Of a DNA stretch of 64,000 nt, positions 11,123 to 22,075 are shown piece after piece. The stretch is from an uncultured Bacilli bacterium. GTDB taxonomy: Bacteria; Bacillota_I; Bacilli_A; RFN20; CAG-449. How positions within the stretch are numbered: the stretch's first letter is position 1; the number at the start of each line of letters is the position of its first letter. A program made the position numbers and the translations under genes. The stretch spans positions 24,830 to 88,829 of the forward strand of contig CANQAG010000006.1 of assembly GCA_947588815.1 (NCBI GenBank). The letters run 5' to 3'. The notes beneath the pieces were generated by a model. That model saw only the letters and a list, made by a program, of their open reading frames with translations. It was not told the origin of the DNA and did not search any database.

Positions 11123-11389
11123 CTATTTCTTTTTTTCTATTCTTAATTTGATTGCTGTTTTTTCTTTTCCTTCAATTTCTATTTCCTTAAAAGAAGGAAT
11201 CATATATATTTCAATACCAGAAGGTACGAGATATCCTCGAGCAATTGCGACAGCTTTGATCGCTTGATTTAAAGAACCGGCACCTACGGTGTTTACTTCA
11301 AGGTAATCTTGGTCACGAATAATATTGCTGATTGCGCCCGCCACAGCAGTGACAGATGACTGTGACGCCACTTTTATTTGCTGTATCAT
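11123..11389 (-). CDS. spoVS: Stage V sporulation protein S
   Basis: IKVASQS..AVAGAI, VGAGSLNQAIKAVAIARG; start moved to ATG 11389 behind SD AGAGGAG. Confidence 0.93.
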   Translation of the reverse strand: MIQQIKVASQSSVTAVAGAISNIIRDQDYLEVNTVGAGSLNQAIKAVAIARGYLVPSGIEIYMIPSFKEIEIEGKEKTAIKLRIEKKK

Positions 11390-11433
11390 TTTTGTTTTCT
11401 CCTCTTTCAAAAAATATGAAAGAGTCAAAAAAA

Positions 11434-12225
11434 CTAGACCTCTATTGTCAATATTTTATAAATTGGTTTGATGGCTATACAGCGATTATTGTTATCAAAA
11501 GATAAAATCACTGCGTTAAACAAGCTTTGATCATCATCATTTTCAATTGTAAATGTACTCGATAATCCGGTCCAAGTTCTAGTGATTACTTCTTCTTTTC
11601 CGGCTCCTAAAATGCCATTATAAGGCCCACACATCCCAACATCGGAAATATAGGCCGTGCCATTTGGCAAGAGGCGATAATCACGCGTTTGAACATGTGT
11701 GTGTGTGCCAAGTAAAGCGCCGATTTTCCCGTCAAAAGCATAGGCTAAAGCTAGTTTTTCACCAGTTGCCTCTGCATGAAAATCGACGATGTGAATATCA
11801 GCTTGATCTTCTTGAATTATTTCTTTTAAAGCCTCGAAAGGATTATTGGCATTTAAATTAATAAATGCTCTACCCAACAAATTGGTAACGCGGATTTTTT
11901 TACCGGAAAAAGTTTCTAGAACCGTAGTACCCAAACCCGGAATAGAATAATGGAGATTATAAGGTCTAAGAAGATTATCGCAATCATCGATGAAATTGAA
12001 AATCTCTTTTCTAGCTCCATAGTGATTTCCAAGAGTGATACAATCAATACCACAATCGATTAATTCATCATAATTCGCTCTTGAAATTCCTTTGCCATGC
12101 GTGGCATTTTCACCATTGGCGATAATGAATTCAATTTCATATTCTTCTTGGAGTTCTTGTATCATTCGAGCGACAACTTGACGTCCGGATTTTGCGACAA
12201 TATCACCGATAAAAAGAATATTCAT
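11434..12225 (-). CDS. ymdB: YmdB/TIGR00282 metallophosphoesterase
   Basis: GDIV, NGEN, TLGNH, DFHAEATGEK, GTHTHVQT; follows rny. Confidence 0.93.
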   Translation of the reverse strand: MNILFIGDIVAKSGRQVVARMIQELQEEYEIEFIIANGENATHGKGISRANYDELIDCGIDCITLGNHYGARKEIFNFIDDCDNLLRPYNLHYSIPGLGTTVLETFSGKKIRVTNLLGRAFINLNANNPFEALKEIIQEDQADIHIVDFHAEATGEKLALAYAFDGKIGALLGTHTHVQTRDYRLLPNGTAYISDVGMCGPYNGILGAGKEEVITRTWTGLSSTFTIENDDDQSLFNAVILSFDNNNRCIAIKPIYKILTIEV

Positions 12226-12273
12226 GAGTTCTCCTTTCTAAAAGAAAGGCCTTAAAGGCCTTATTTATTTCTA

Positions 12274-13836
12274 TTATTTTGCAATTTCTGTAGCCCGCAA
12301 TTCGCGAATAACCGAAACTTTAATTTGACCCGGATAAGTCATTTCATTTTCAATTTTATCTCTGATATCACGCGCCAATTTAAACGATGCTAAATCGTCA
12401 ACCTTATCGGGAACCACCATGACTCTTACTTCACGACCAGATTGCATCGCAAATGACGAAGACACACCTTCAAATTGCTTACAAATATTTTCTATTTGTT
12501 CGATTCTTTGAATGTAATTTTCTAATGTTTCGCTCCGGGCTCCAGGTCTTGCCGCTGAAAGCGTGTCTGCTGCAGCAACCAAATGAGAAATTACAAACTT
12601 AGCCGGCACGTCACCATGGTGCGATTCGATTGCATTGATTACAACTTCAGGTTCTCCATATTTTTTAGCAAGTCGCACCCCGATTTCAACATGGCTTCCA
12701 TCCATTTCAAAATCAGCAGCTTTACCGACATCGTGGAGTAAGCCAGCTCGCTTTGCAAGATTTTGATCCAAACCTAATTCAGCTGCCATTACGCCAGCTA
12801 AATAAGCCACCTGAACCGAGTGATCAAAGACATTTTGTCCATATGAAGTCCGATATTTTAAACGTCCTACATAAGTTAATAAATCTTTATTAATGCGTGG
12901 TAACCCAAGTTTTAATGCTGCTTGCATTCCTGCTTCTTTAACCGAACGATCAACTTCGGCTTTGGCTTTTTCACAAATTTCTTCAATCCGTCCCGGTTGA
13001 ATTCTCCCGTCTTTAATCAATAATTCCAAAGCTAAACGAGCCGTCTCTCTTCTAATTGGGTCAAAGCAAGAAACAGTAATTACTTCCGGAGTATCGTCGA
13101 TTAAAATATCGACACCTAAAAGTTGCTCCAAAGTCCTGATATTGCGACCTTCTCTTCCAATGATTCTCCCTTTCATTTCATCGCTTGGAAGCGGAACTAC
13201 AGAAACAGTTCTTTCTGTCGTTACTTCTTGTGCGTATTTATCGATGGCGAGTGCCAATAAATCACGAGCCTTATTGTCAGCTTGCTCTTTTGCTTCATCT
13301 TCACGATTTTTAATGAAAGCTGCGATTTCTTGAGAAAGTTTCTCTTCAACTCTTTTAAATATTTCAGTCTTAGCTTCATTGATCGACATTTGCGAAACTT
13401 TCTCTAATTCAGTAATAATCGCATCAATTTTTTCTTGTAAAACAAGTTCTTTTCGCGATAATTCTTTATTGCGTCGATCAAGCAAGTCGTTCTTTTCCTC
13501 TAAGTTTTTTTCTTTTTCAAGCAAAGCGAGATCTCGTCGATCAATGCTTTGCTCTCTTGCCGTCAATTTATTTTCAACATTGACTGCTTCTTGCTTTCTT
13601 TCCTTAATTTCTCGCTCGGCTTCAAGTTTCATCTCATAAACCGTAGATTTGGCATCTAATTGAGCATTTTTTATAATGTGCTCTCCTTTAATCTCTGCAT
13701 CTTTAATAATCTTTTCAGCTTTTTTAGTAGCTTGCTTTGATTTTAAAACCGGAATGAATCGGCAAATTAAAAAGCCGGCCACAAGTCCGATGACGAGAAA
13801 AAGGATGATTAAAAGTACGGCTGTTCCTGTATCCAT
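12274..13836 (-). CDS. rny: Ribonuclease Y
   Basis: N-terminal TM, coiled coil, KH motif [15 protein letters not shown] motif LLHDVGK. Confidence 0.97.
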   Translation of the reverse strand: MDTGTAVLLIILFLVIGLVAGFLICRFIPVLKSKQATKKAEKIIKDAEIKGEHIIKNAQLDAKSTVYEMKLEAEREIKERKQEAVNVENKLTAREQSIDRRDLALLEKEKNLEEKNDLLDRRNKELSRKELVLQEKIDAIITELEKVSQMSINEAKTEIFKRVEEKLSQEIAAFIKNREDEAKEQADNKARDLLALAIDKYAQEVTTERTVSVVPLPSDEMKGRIIGREGRNIRTLEQLLGVDILIDDTPEVITVSCFDPIRRETARLALELLIKDGRIQPGRIEEICEKAKAEVDRSVKEAGMQAALKLGLPRINKDLLTYVGRLKYRTSYGQNVFDHSVQVAYLAGVMAAELGLDQNLAKRAGLLHDVGKAADFEMDGSHVEIGVRLAKKYGEPEVVINAIESHHGDVPAKFVISHLVAAADTLSAARPGARSETLENYIQRIEQIENICKQFEGVSSSFAMQSGREVRVMVVPDKVDDLASFKLARDIRDKIENEMTYPGQIKVSVIRELRATEIAK

Positions 13837-14064
13837 TTTCTTCCTCCTTTTCGTGGTAAATCATTAAAATATTACCAATCGATACATAAAATAAGCGTAA
13901 TAGTTCCATTAATGTATCCTAATTAAATAAATTAACATTAAATATTGAGAATGGAATAAATCCAAATCATAACTAATCTGCTCAACACTCTATGAGTGCA
14001 ATAATATTATAACAATAAAAACCTAATTAATAAAAGATAAATCTTATAATATTTCTATTACATT

Positions 14065-14088
14065 AAAAAAGGAGGCCATGCCTCCGTG
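14065..14088 (-). terminator. Intrinsic terminator after recA
   Basis: Minus strand GGAGGC-atg-GCCTCC-TTTTTT. Confidence 0.75.
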
Positions 14089-14093
14089 TATAT

Positions 14094-15095
14094 TTATTGT
14101 TCTTGACGCTTTTCATTGATTTTAGCAACTAAATTATCATAAACTTCAGGATGTTGTTTTAAAAATTCTTTGGCTGCCTCTCGTCCTTGACCGACTCGTT
14201 CTCCTAAAATTTCAAACCAAGAACCGGCTTTTTTGGCAAGATCATATTCCAAGGCCATATCGAGTGCTTCACCATACTTTGAAAAGCCTTCGCCATATAT
14301 CAATTCAACTTTACAACTCTTAAATGGTGGTGCCACTTTATTTTTAACCACTTTTATATTAACGACATTTCCGATAATTTGATCGCCTTCTTTTAACGCT
14401 TCTCCTTTACGAATATCTATGCGGATAGAAGCATAAAACTTTAAGGCACGTCCTCCGGTTGTTACTTCAGGATTACCATAAATAACACCAACTTTTTCTC
14501 TTAATTGATTAATGAAGATAACGGTGCAAGAAGATTTATTCAAAACTCCGGCAAGTTTTCTCATTGCCTTTGACATTAATCTAGCATGAGCACCCACATT
14601 TGAATCGGACATCACTCCTTCTAATTCACTTTGGGGAACTAAAGCGGCAACTGAATCGACGACAATAATATCAATGGCTCCTGATTTAGCAAGCATTTCG
14701 ACTATTTCAAGCGCTTGTTCTCCATGATCGGGTTGAGCCAAAATAAGTTCATCGGTATTGACGCCGAGTTTAGTAGCATATACCGGATCAATCGCATGTT
14801 CAGCATCGACAAAAGCCGCTCTACCACCTTTTTTCTGGGCCTCAGCAATCGCGGTTAAAGCTAAAGTGGTTTTTCCTGAAGATTCAGGTCCGAAAATTTC
14901 AATAATTCGACCTTTGGGATAACCCCCGATACCTAGTGCATTATCGATTAGAAGTGAGCCGCTAGGAATAGTATCGACATCGATATTAGGGCGATCGCCA
15001 AGTTTCATTACGGCTCCTTTGCCAAATAATTTTTCAATGTCGCGAATAGTTTCTTCTAATTTTTCATCTTTTGTCTTTACTTTTTCTTGTGCCAT
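14094..15095 (-). CDS. recA: Recombinase A
   Basis: [36 protein letters not shown]. Confidence 0.98.
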   Translation of the reverse strand: MAQEKVKTKDEKLEETIRDIEKLFGKGAVMKLGDRPNIDVDTIPSGSLLIDNALGIGGYPKGRIIEIFGPESSGKTTLALTAIAEAQKKGGRAAFVDAEHAIDPVYATKLGVNTDELILAQPDHGEQALEIVEMLAKSGAIDIIVVDSVAALVPQSELEGVMSDSNVGAHARLMSKAMRKLAGVLNKSSCTVIFINQLREKVGVIYGNPEVTTGGRALKFYASIRIDIRKGEALKEGDQIIGNVVNIKVVKNKVAPPFKSCKVELIYGEGFSKYGEALDMALEYDLAKKAGSWFEILGERVGQGREAAKEFLKQHPEVYDNLVAKINEKRQEQ

Positions 15096-15113
15096 ATTTT
15101 TATCCTCACTTTA

Positions 15114-15587
15114 TCAATATTTGATTTTTTTACTTTTTATAAGTTCTTCGATTTTTTTCAAAGCGATCACTACACATTTGGCTCTGATTTCTTCGCGAGA
15201 ACCCTTTAGATGAAGTTCCAATACTGTCGTTTCACCATAAGCAAAACCAATGTAAACTAATCCAACCGGCTTATCTTCTAAAGCATCCGGGCCGGCGTTT
15301 CCGGTGAAAGATACGGCGATTGATGAATTAAATAAATTTGCCGCTCCTTCTGCCATATATCTAGCAGTTTCTTTAGAAACAGCTCCGTATTCTTTTAAAA
15401 TTGACTCAGGAACATTAAGAATTTTTTGTTTTGCTTCGTTAGAGTAAGTAACCGTAGAACCTTTAAAATAGCGAGAAGCACCCGGATGTGAAGTAATGGT
15501 TGTAGCAAACAAACCACCTGTGAGGCTTTCAGCACTACTTAAAGTAATATCGTCGTTTTTTAGCATCTTAAATAAGTCTTTAATCAT
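15114..15587 (-). CDS. cinA: CinA C-terminal domain (PncC-type NMN deamidase)
   Basis: AESLTGG, YGAVS, TGNAGP, PVGLVYIG; between pgsA and recA; lacks the N-terminal MoCF domain. Confidence 0.85.
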   Translation of the reverse strand: MIKDLFKMLKNDDITLSSAESLTGGLFATTITSHPGASRYFKGSTVTYSNEAKQKILNVPESILKEYGAVSKETARYMAEGAANLFNSSIAVSFTGNAGPDALEDKPVGLVYIGFAYGETTVLELHLKGSREEIRAKCVVIALKKIEELIKSKKIKY

Positions 15588-16194
15588 TTTTGTTTTCCTC
15601 CTTAAATAATTCTCTCGCTGAAATTACATATATTATACCCGAAACAACTGAAGCAATCATCGCCAAATAACAAAGGATTATACTAATATGAAATGGTAAA
15701 TTCAGTAAAGAAAAAGGATAATCATTTAAAAAGACACATATGATCGCTATCATCTGAAGTACTGTTTTTAATTTTCCCCAAATTGAAGCGGCAATTACTT
15801 TTCCTTTTTCAACAGCAAGCATACGGATAGCATCGACAACTATATCCCTAGCAATCATCAAAACCACTACAATCGTAGGAATACGCAAAGGGCCTTGAAT
15901 AGCTAAAATAATAAGCGTTGAATTGATTAACAATTTATCGGCAATGGGATCCATAAACTTGCCATAAGTAGTTACTAGATTATATTTTCTAGCGAGATGT
16001 CCATCCAAATAATCGGAGAATGAAGCAATAACGAAAATTATTAGTGCGACTAAATAAATTACAGAAACGTTGAATCCACCACCAGAAAGTTGTGGAATAT
16101 TAATATTGAACACATCGTAAGGAAATAAGAGTAAAACTACTAATATTACCATTAAAATCATTCTAACAGTCGTAATTTTGTTGGGCAAATTCAT
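15580..16194 (-). CDS. pgsA: Phosphatidylglycerophosphate synthase
   Basis: MNLPNKIT..R, SDYLDGHLARK...TTYGKFMDPIADK. Confidence 0.95.
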   Translation of the reverse strand: MNLPNKITTVRMILMVILVVLLLFPYDVFNINIPQLSGGGFNVSVIYLVALIIFVIASFSDYLDGHLARKYNLVTTYGKFMDPIADKLLINSTLIILAIQGPLRIPTIVVVLMIARDIVVDAIRMLAVEKGKVIAASIWGKLKTVLQMIAIICVFLNDYPFSLLNLPFHISIILCYLAMIASVVSGIIYVISARELFKEENKND

Positions 16195-16216
16195 TATTTA
16201 ACTCCTTTATTGAGTA

Positions 16217-16551
16217 TTTGACCCGATAAGCCATGTTCTGTCGCGGACAATTATTTATCTATGCAATGCATGCCTGAAGCAATTCAATTCTCGCTTCTTG
16301 CTTCCCTTACCAAATTTAGGTTTCTCGCTTGTGGGGTTTACCGCGTTCCACTTCATGATTTCTCATGAACTCCGTCACTGTGGCACTTTCAAAGACTTAA
16401 TCATGTCATTCAAGATTTAGATTTCGTCTTGCCGTTAGATGCTCCCATCTACCCAAAGTTATTTTTTTCTTTGGCACAAACACTACCATCATCGCAGATG
16501 GTGCGAGCATGGACTTTCCTCTAGCTATCGCCAGCAATTGTCTGGGTCAAA
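16217..16551 (-). ncRNA. rnpB: RNase P RNA, bacterial type B
   Basis: GAGGAAAGTCCATGCTCGC, GAAAGTGCCACAGTGACG, GTGGAACGCGGTAAACCCC, ACAGAACATGGCTTAT; complementary ends TTTGACCC/GGGTCAAA; directly downstream of gpsB as in Bacillus. Confidence 0.95.
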
Positions 16552-16553
16552 AA

Positions 16554-16919
16554 CTATTTTATTTGATTTGGATCAATACCTTGCTTAAATAGAGCTTGTT
16601 CTAATGCTGAGATTCTTTTTAGCAAATCGATATTTCCTAAAGAAGAAACATGATCATTACCTTCTAGGCTTTTCATTTTTTCGTTTAAAACAGCATTAGT
16701 AACTTCAATTTGATCCAATCGTTCTTTTAAAAGTTTATTAGTGCGGGTTAATTCACTTATTGTATTTTCCGCAGTTTGATGATATTGATTAAAAGCTAAA
16801 TAATCTTTCACAATTTCATCGAGAAAAATATCTACTTGAAGAGGATCATAACCTGGTTTTTTACCGGCAAATTCACGATCAAGAATCGCTTTTGCATCAT
16901 ATTTAAGATTGAAATCCAT
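16554..16919 (-). CDS. gpsB: DivIVA-domain cell division regulator GpsB
   Basis: ILDREF...GYDPLQVDIFLDEIVKDY and C-terminal NIDLLKRISALEQ; start set at ATG 16919 behind AGAAAGGA. Confidence 0.88.
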   Translation of the reverse strand: MDFNLKYDAKAILDREFAGKKPGYDPLQVDIFLDEIVKDYLAFNQYHQTAENTISELTRTNKLLKERLDQIEVTNAVLNEKMKSLEGNDHVSSLGNIDLLKRISALEQALFKQGIDPNQIK

Positions 16920-17166
16920 CACTAATTTTTCCTTTCTCGGAACTTTAATTATTATACAATAATTATCGATTATATGCAAAGTAAATAAAAAACCTTAGCT
17001 AATCTACTCATGACCGCCATTAGCAAAAACTCTTTTTTATATTATTAATAAAAACCAACTTATTTAAAAACATATAAGTTGATTATATGATATTAGACTT
17101 AATTACTACATAATTTTTAACTTCAACTAATACATGATATTTTTACTTTATTTCATCTTAAAAATT

Positions 17167-17191
17167 AAAAAATCCTCAAATGAGGATTTTT
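17167..17191. terminator. Intrinsic terminator
   Basis: AAAAATCCTCA-aa-TGAGGATTTTT just 3' of the Cys-rich gene. Confidence 0.7.
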
Positions 17192-17208
17192 CATAAAGCC
17201 TTTACTTT

Positions 17209-17664
17209 TTAATTGCAACATCCGCAGACTTGAATTGTTTCCATATTGCTTGAAACCGCCATCGGTTGCTTCATACAAAAAGCGCACACACAGAAATTAC
17301 AAGTAGCTCTCATTCTGATATATCGACACAAATTCATCACTGTACAAGTAAAAGTAATTGTCACCGTTTCATTTTGATTGATCGTTCCAAGACAGATGTT
17401 ATTAGTGCCACCGCATTGACTATTAACAACATTTCCATTGACCATCAAACTACCACGCATCAAACATAGCGAATTGTCAATTGGTAGTGAAACGACACAA
17501 TCCGTTATCGAACTTGAACAATTATTTTGAATAGTCAAAGTGTAATTAACTTGTTCACAAACTCGGCAACAACAACGATCGCTTTGAAGCGTCATTAATA
17601 AGCCACAAGTAGAACAATTAGAAACCCAAATAGGTTGATTTCCAGAGTTACAATTAGTATTCAT
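17209..17664 (-). CDS. Cysteine-rich protein with DUF11-like beta domain
   Basis: 21 Cys in 151 aa; VNYTLTIQN, GSLMVNG, LGTINQNETVTITF resemble DUF11 repeats; SD GAAAGAGGT. Confidence 0.6.
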   Translation of the reverse strand: MNTNCNSGNQPIWVSNCSTCGLLMTLQSDRCCCRVCEQVNYTLTIQNNCSSSITDCVVSLPIDNSLCLMRGSLMVNGNVVNSQCGGTNNICLGTINQNETVTITFTCTVMNLCRYIRMRATCNFCVCAFCMKQPMAVSSNMETIQVCGCCN

Positions 17665-17795
17665 CCAAACACCTCTTTCAAACGTTACAACGTTCAATTA
17701 TGTATATGTGCCTATTTTGTTTTTGCAACAAGCCGAATTATTCATTTTATAAATGAGACAAATGGAGTATACTTATTTTAGAAACGGAGTAGTCA

Positions 17796-18521
17796 ATGAA
17801 AGCTTTAAACAAATTACTTAAAAACAAAAGAACTCTAGTATTTATAGATTTTGAAGGTACGCAATTTACTCATGAAATTATCGCTTGGGGAGCTATAAAA
17901 GTACATATCGACGAAAATGGAAATATCATTGACACTTATCCTGGTTTTCATGTTTATATTAAAACTGATTCAAAAATCGGATCAGTGGTTACAAAAATGA
18001 CAAGCATTGATAAAGCTTTGCTGGAAAAAAATGGAATTGATTTCATTGAAGCGATATCAAAATTTGTAGAATATGTTGATGAAGATCTACAAAATGTTTG
18101 GCTTTTGACTTTTGGAAGTAACGATTTGCGCATGTTTCATGACACGATGTTAAAATTCAATCTTCAAAAAGATGAAACCGCTGTTCAAATATGTAAAATG
18201 ATGGTTGATTTTATGGCTTTCATCGGTCAATATATTCGTGATTCTAAAGGAAATAATTATTCTTTAACGAATTATTTAAAAATTTTTAATATCGAGCCTT
18301 ATGGTAAAAGTCATGATCCTTTAAATGATTCTATCGATTTATTAAATCTTTATAAAGCTTTTATCCATTCTCCGGAAATCGTTGCCAATGAATATTTAAA
18401 ACTAATAAGCAATTTAAAAATTTTACCTGATCCGATTAAAAAAGCCATCGCTAAATTATGTAATGGTGAAAACATAACAAGTGAAGAATTTCAAAATTAC
18501 GTTAAAACTTTCTTATCATAA
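17796..18521 (+). CDS. DEDDh 3'-5' exonuclease (KapD/ERI-like)
   Basis: FIDFEGT, FGSNDL, SHDPLND motifs. Confidence 0.8.
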   Translation: MKALNKLLKNKRTLVFIDFEGTQFTHEIIAWGAIKVHIDENGNIIDTYPGFHVYIKTDSKIGSVVTKMTSIDKALLEKNGIDFIEAISKFVEYVDEDLQNVWLLTFGSNDLRMFHDTMLKFNLQKDETAVQICKMMVDFMAFIGQYIRDSKGNNYSLTNYLKIFNIEPYGKSHDPLNDSIDLLNLYKAFIHSPEIVANEYLKLISNLKILPDPIKKAIAKLCNGENITSEEFQNYVKTFLS

Positions 18522-18562
18522 ATCGTTATGAATATGGCAAAATATAACTAATGGAGGTATCT

Positions 18563-19150
18563 ATGGTCAATTATCCTAACAAAAAAGATGTCTCAAAACT
18601 TGAAAAATCTTTTCACAATTTTGCTAATCGAGGCATGAACTTTGAACATGCCGTTAATACTTCAAACGACTATTATGATGAAGTGAAACGAGCAATTATT
18701 ACTAAAAGACCTACTCCAATTCACGTGGTTAAGGTCGATTATGCTGATAATGCAAGAATTAAAGACGCTTATTTTGAAAAGCAGTCTACCGCTGACTATA
18801 ACGGCGTTTACCGCTCGCGTTACATTGATTTTGAATGTAAAGAGACAAAATCCAAAACTTCTTTAAGTTTTAACAATATTTCTTCTCATCAAATAAAACA
18901 CTTGGAGAAAGTCATCTTTCATGGAGGTATTGCCTTTTTTCTCATTCATTTTGCGACGCTTGGAGAAGTTTATTTACTGGATGCCAAAATCGTGTGTGAT
19001 TATTATAATAAACAAGAACGAAAATCGATTCCTTATAATTTCATTCAAGAAAAAGGAGTATTGGTGGAACAAAGCTTTATGCCGAGACTGAAGTACCTAG
19101 ACGCGGTCGATAAGGTCTTCTTTAATGAAGCGCAAAAAGTCAATCTTTAA
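18563..19150 (+). CDS. recU: Holliday junction resolvase RecU
   Basis: ANRGMNFE, KRPTP, STADYNGVY, IDFECKET, HQ; SD GGAGG before ATG 18563; upstream of ponA. Confidence 0.95.
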   Translation: MVNYPNKKDVSKLEKSFHNFANRGMNFEHAVNTSNDYYDEVKRAIITKRPTPIHVVKVDYADNARIKDAYFEKQSTADYNGVYRSRYIDFECKETKSKTSLSFNNISSHQIKHLEKVIFHGGIAFFLIHFATLGEVYLLDAKIVCDYYNKQERKSIPYNFIQEKGVLVEQSFMPRLKYLDAVDKVFFNEAQKVNL

Positions 19151-21455
19151 TACTATATTAAGCGGGGTTTTTATTACAACTTTTATGGTATCATTAGGAA
19201 TTGGTACTTATGTTTTTTATACTGTAAAAGATTTATCAACGCCGCAAATCGAAAAGTTAATTGAACAAAAACATACTCGAATTTACGATTCTTCTTCTCG
19301 TCTCATTGAAACTTTAGGGGAAGATAAAGCTAAACTTGTAAAATACGAAGAGTTACCTCAAACGTTGATTAACGCTTTAATCAGTATTGAAGACGAACAC
19401 TTTTTTGAACATCACGGTATCAATTATTCGAGAATACTTTATTCGGCTTTCAATAATTTGTTTTCTTCTAACGCGCGACAAGGCGGTTCCACAATTACGC
19501 AACAATTAGTAAAAAATTTACTTTTAACTTCAGAAATTTCGTTATCTCGAAAAATTCAAGAAGCTTATCTTGCTTATCAAATAGAACAAATGATGAGCAA
19601 AGAGGAAATCTTGGAACAATATTTTAATCGCATTTATTTTGACGCCACAATTCAAGGCGTTGGTTACGCTTCGTATCGCTTTTTTAATAAAAGCGTCGAT
19701 TTATTAACCCTTCCGGAATGCGCGATTTTGGCAGGTGTTGTAAAATCTCCTTCTTTATATTCTCCTTTTAAACATATTGAAGAATGTAACGACCGCAAAA
19801 ATCTTGTTTTAAAAGCAATGCTCAACAATCATTATATAACCGATGAACAATATCAATTAGGCGTTAAAAAACACGCAAAAGATCTCGTAATTGAAAAAGG
19901 ATCGAATTATCAAGAGGAAACTTATGAGTTTCAAAGTTATTTGGATGTGGTATATCGGGAAGTTAAAGAATTAACCGGTTTTAACCCTTTTTCGGTAGCT
20001 TTGGATATCGAAACATATCTTGATACTTCAGTTCAATCCTATATAGACGGCATTCAATCAGGAACGAATTTTATCTTTGAAGATGAAAACCAACAAGCAG
20101 CTTTAGCGGTAATCGACAGTCAAAATCAAGCTTTGATAGGCCTTATGGGTGGACGAAACTATGAAGGACAAATGTTATATAACCGCAGTTACGAAATGCA
20201 ACGTCAACCGGCTTCAACAATGAAACCGATTTTTACTTACGCTTTAGCCATGGAACATCTCCATTACAATGAATTAAGTGCCGTTATCGATGAACCATAC
20301 ACTTATCCAAATACATCAATCACGGTACAAAATGCCGATAAACAATATTTAGGTAAAATCACTCTTCTTGATGCTCTCGGTTATTCAAGAAATACTTCGA
20401 CTCTTTATACTCTTGAAAAAGTTATTGCAAAAATCGGCGTCGATAAAGCTGTACAATACCTTAAAGATATAGGAATTATGGACGAAGGAGAATTTACTTA
20501 TCCTTATGCAATCGGTGGCATGAAATATGGCGTCTCGCCGATTCAACTCGCCGGAGCATACGCAATGCTTGCAAATAATGGATTATACATTAAACCCTCT
20601 ACCATAAAAAAAATCACCGATCAAGAAACCGGTAAAATCATCTACTCTCGCGATTTACACGGAAAACAAGTAATTTCAAAAGAAGCCGCTTTAACGATGA
20701 CAAGCGCTTTAACAAGAATGATTGATCAAAATTACTACAACATCGCTTTAGCAAAACCATCTAACGTTGCAATCGCCGGAAAAACCGGAACTAACGCTTA
20801 CGACTCAAATGTGAGAGCCCGTTACAATTATCCTTCTAATGCCGATCGTGATGTTTGGTTTGCCGGTTACTCACCTTCACATACTATCGCCGTATGGACC
20901 GGATTCGATGAACCCAAATTAGGTGAAAAAAACTACTTTGGTTACAGCGACTCACGACGATTGGTTGCCAAAAAATTATTTAAGAATGTGATGGAAAAAA
21001 TATCAAGCAAAAGTAAAAGTTTTAATTACGAAGCTAATCTCCAAAAAGTTGAAGTGGTCAAAGGTCTTGAAAAATTTTACTTGCCTAATTCCTTTGTTCC
21101 TTCACAATTTATTTCATATGCTTATTTCCGAAAAGAAGAAATACCTACTGAGATCCTTCCTAATCCGGAATTTGAGATTTTAGATAATATCAATGTCAAT
21201 TTTTTAGATAATTCGATATCAATGTCGATTTTAAACGAATTAAAAGAAGATGAGATTTATACTACATTTTTTGGCAATCGTGGTTATCTCTTTAAAATAA
21301 AAACCTTCGACGAAGAATACGAAATTTTTGTCGATGGATATAACTTAGAAATACAGGAACTACCGCAAGAAATCGAATCCATTGAAATTTACGAAACTTT
21401 TAAAAACAATCATAATCTTCATGGCGAGCCTTACATTTTAACTTTCTTTTTATAA
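19125..21455 (+). CDS. ponA: Class A penicillin-binding protein (PBP1A)
   Basis: EDEHFFEHHG, QGGSTITQQL, RKIQE; transpeptidase STMK, SRN and KTGT motifs. Confidence 0.92.
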   Translation: MKRKKSIFNTILSGVFITTFMVSLGIGTYVFYTVKDLSTPQIEKLIEQKHTRIYDSSSRLIETLGEDKAKLVKYEELPQTLINALISIEDEHFFEHHGINYSRILYSAFNNLFSSNARQGGSTITQQLVKNLLLTSEISLSRKIQEAYLAYQIEQMMSKEEILEQYFNRIYFDATIQGVGYASYRFFNKSVDLLTLPECAILAGVVKSPSLYSPFKHIEECNDRKNLVLKAMLNNHYITDEQYQLGVKKHAKDLVIEKGSNYQEETYEFQSYLDVVYREVKELTGFNPFSVALDIETYLDTSVQSYIDGIQSGTNFIFEDENQQAALAVIDSQNQALIGLMGGRNYEGQMLYNRSYEMQRQPASTMKPIFTYALAMEHLHYNELSAVIDEPYTYPNTSITVQNADKQYLGKITLLDALGYSRNTSTLYTLEKVIAKIGVDKAVQYLKDIGIMDEGEFTYPYAIGGMKYGVSPIQLAGAYAMLANNGLYIKPSTIKKITDQETGKIIYSRDLHGKQVISKEAALTMTSALTRMIDQNYYNIALAKPSNVAIAGKTGTNAYDSNVRARYNYPSNADRDVWFAGYSPSHTIAVWTGFDEPKLGEKNYFGYSDSRRLVAKKLFKNVMEKISSKSKSFNYEANLQKVEVVKGLEKFYLPNSFVPSQFISYAYFRKEEIPTEILPNPEFEILDNINVNFLDNSISMSILNELKEDEIYTTFFGNRGYLFKIKTFDEEYEIFVDGYNLEIQELPQEIESIEIYETFKNNHNLHGEPYILTFFL

Positions 21456-22075
21456 TATTTACAATATTTTGTAAGTTTACAAACGTCACACATCGGTTTT
21501 TGGGCTTTACAATAATAACGACCAAAATGAATAAATTGATGATGTGTTAAAATATATCTTTCAGTTGGAAAAAGTTTTTCTAATTTTTGCTCTACTTGCA
21601 ATGGCGAAGCATTTTCATCAACAAGTTTTAATCTTTTGCTGATTCTTTCCACATGAGTGTCAACGGCAATATGCGGTTCTTTAAATAACTCGGCTAAAAC
21701 CACATTAGCGGTTTTTCTTCCCACGCCATTCATTTCAATTAAAAGATCGCGGGAATTAGGAACTTTTCCATCATATTTTAAAAGTAACGAATTTGCGATT
21801 GCTTTAATATTACAAGCTTTATTTTTAAATAATCCTAAAGGTTTAATGATCTCTTCAAGTTCCTCTAAGGGAGCATTTTTTAATGCTTCTAAAGTTGGAA
21901 AGCGTGAAAAAAGTAAAGCGGTAACCGCATTAACTTTTTTATCTGTCGTCTGTGCCGAAAGCATCACTGCAATCAAAAGTTCATAATCTTTATGGTAGAT
22001 TAATTCGCAACTGGCATTCGGTAAAATTTCATCGAAATATTCGATAATTTGATCAATCTTATTATTTTTCATCAT
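21431..22075 (-). CDS. nth: Endonuclease III
   Basis: LSAQTTD, GVGRKTANV, AVDTHV, C-X6-C-X2-C-X5-C cluster; start likely 22075. Confidence 0.95.
   Translation of the reverse strand: MMKNNKIDQIIEYFDEILPNASCELIYHKDYELLIAVMLSAQTTDKKVNAVTALLFSRFPTLEALKNAPLEELEEIIKPLGLFKNKACNIKAIANSLLLKYDGKVPNSRDLLIEMNGVGRKTANVVLAELFKEPHIAVDTHVERISKRLKLVDENASPLQVEQKLEKLFPTERYILTHHQFIHFGRYYCKAQKPMCDVCKLTKYCKYYKKKVKM

Noticed and set aside
11696-11708. TG dinucleotide run
   Set aside because: It encodes the conserved THTH motif of YmdB, so it is not a contingency repeat.
15096-15200. LexA (Cheo) box upstream of recA
   Set aside because: No convincing GAAC-N4-GTTC was seen on manual reading.
17690-17740. sigmaK/sigmaG promoter for the Cys-rich gene
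   Set aside because: CATA boxes are present, but the downstream T and the spacing do not fit well enough to call.
21431-21455. 25-bp convergent overlap of ponA and nth
   Set aside because: Ordinary tail-to-tail overlap in a compact genome.
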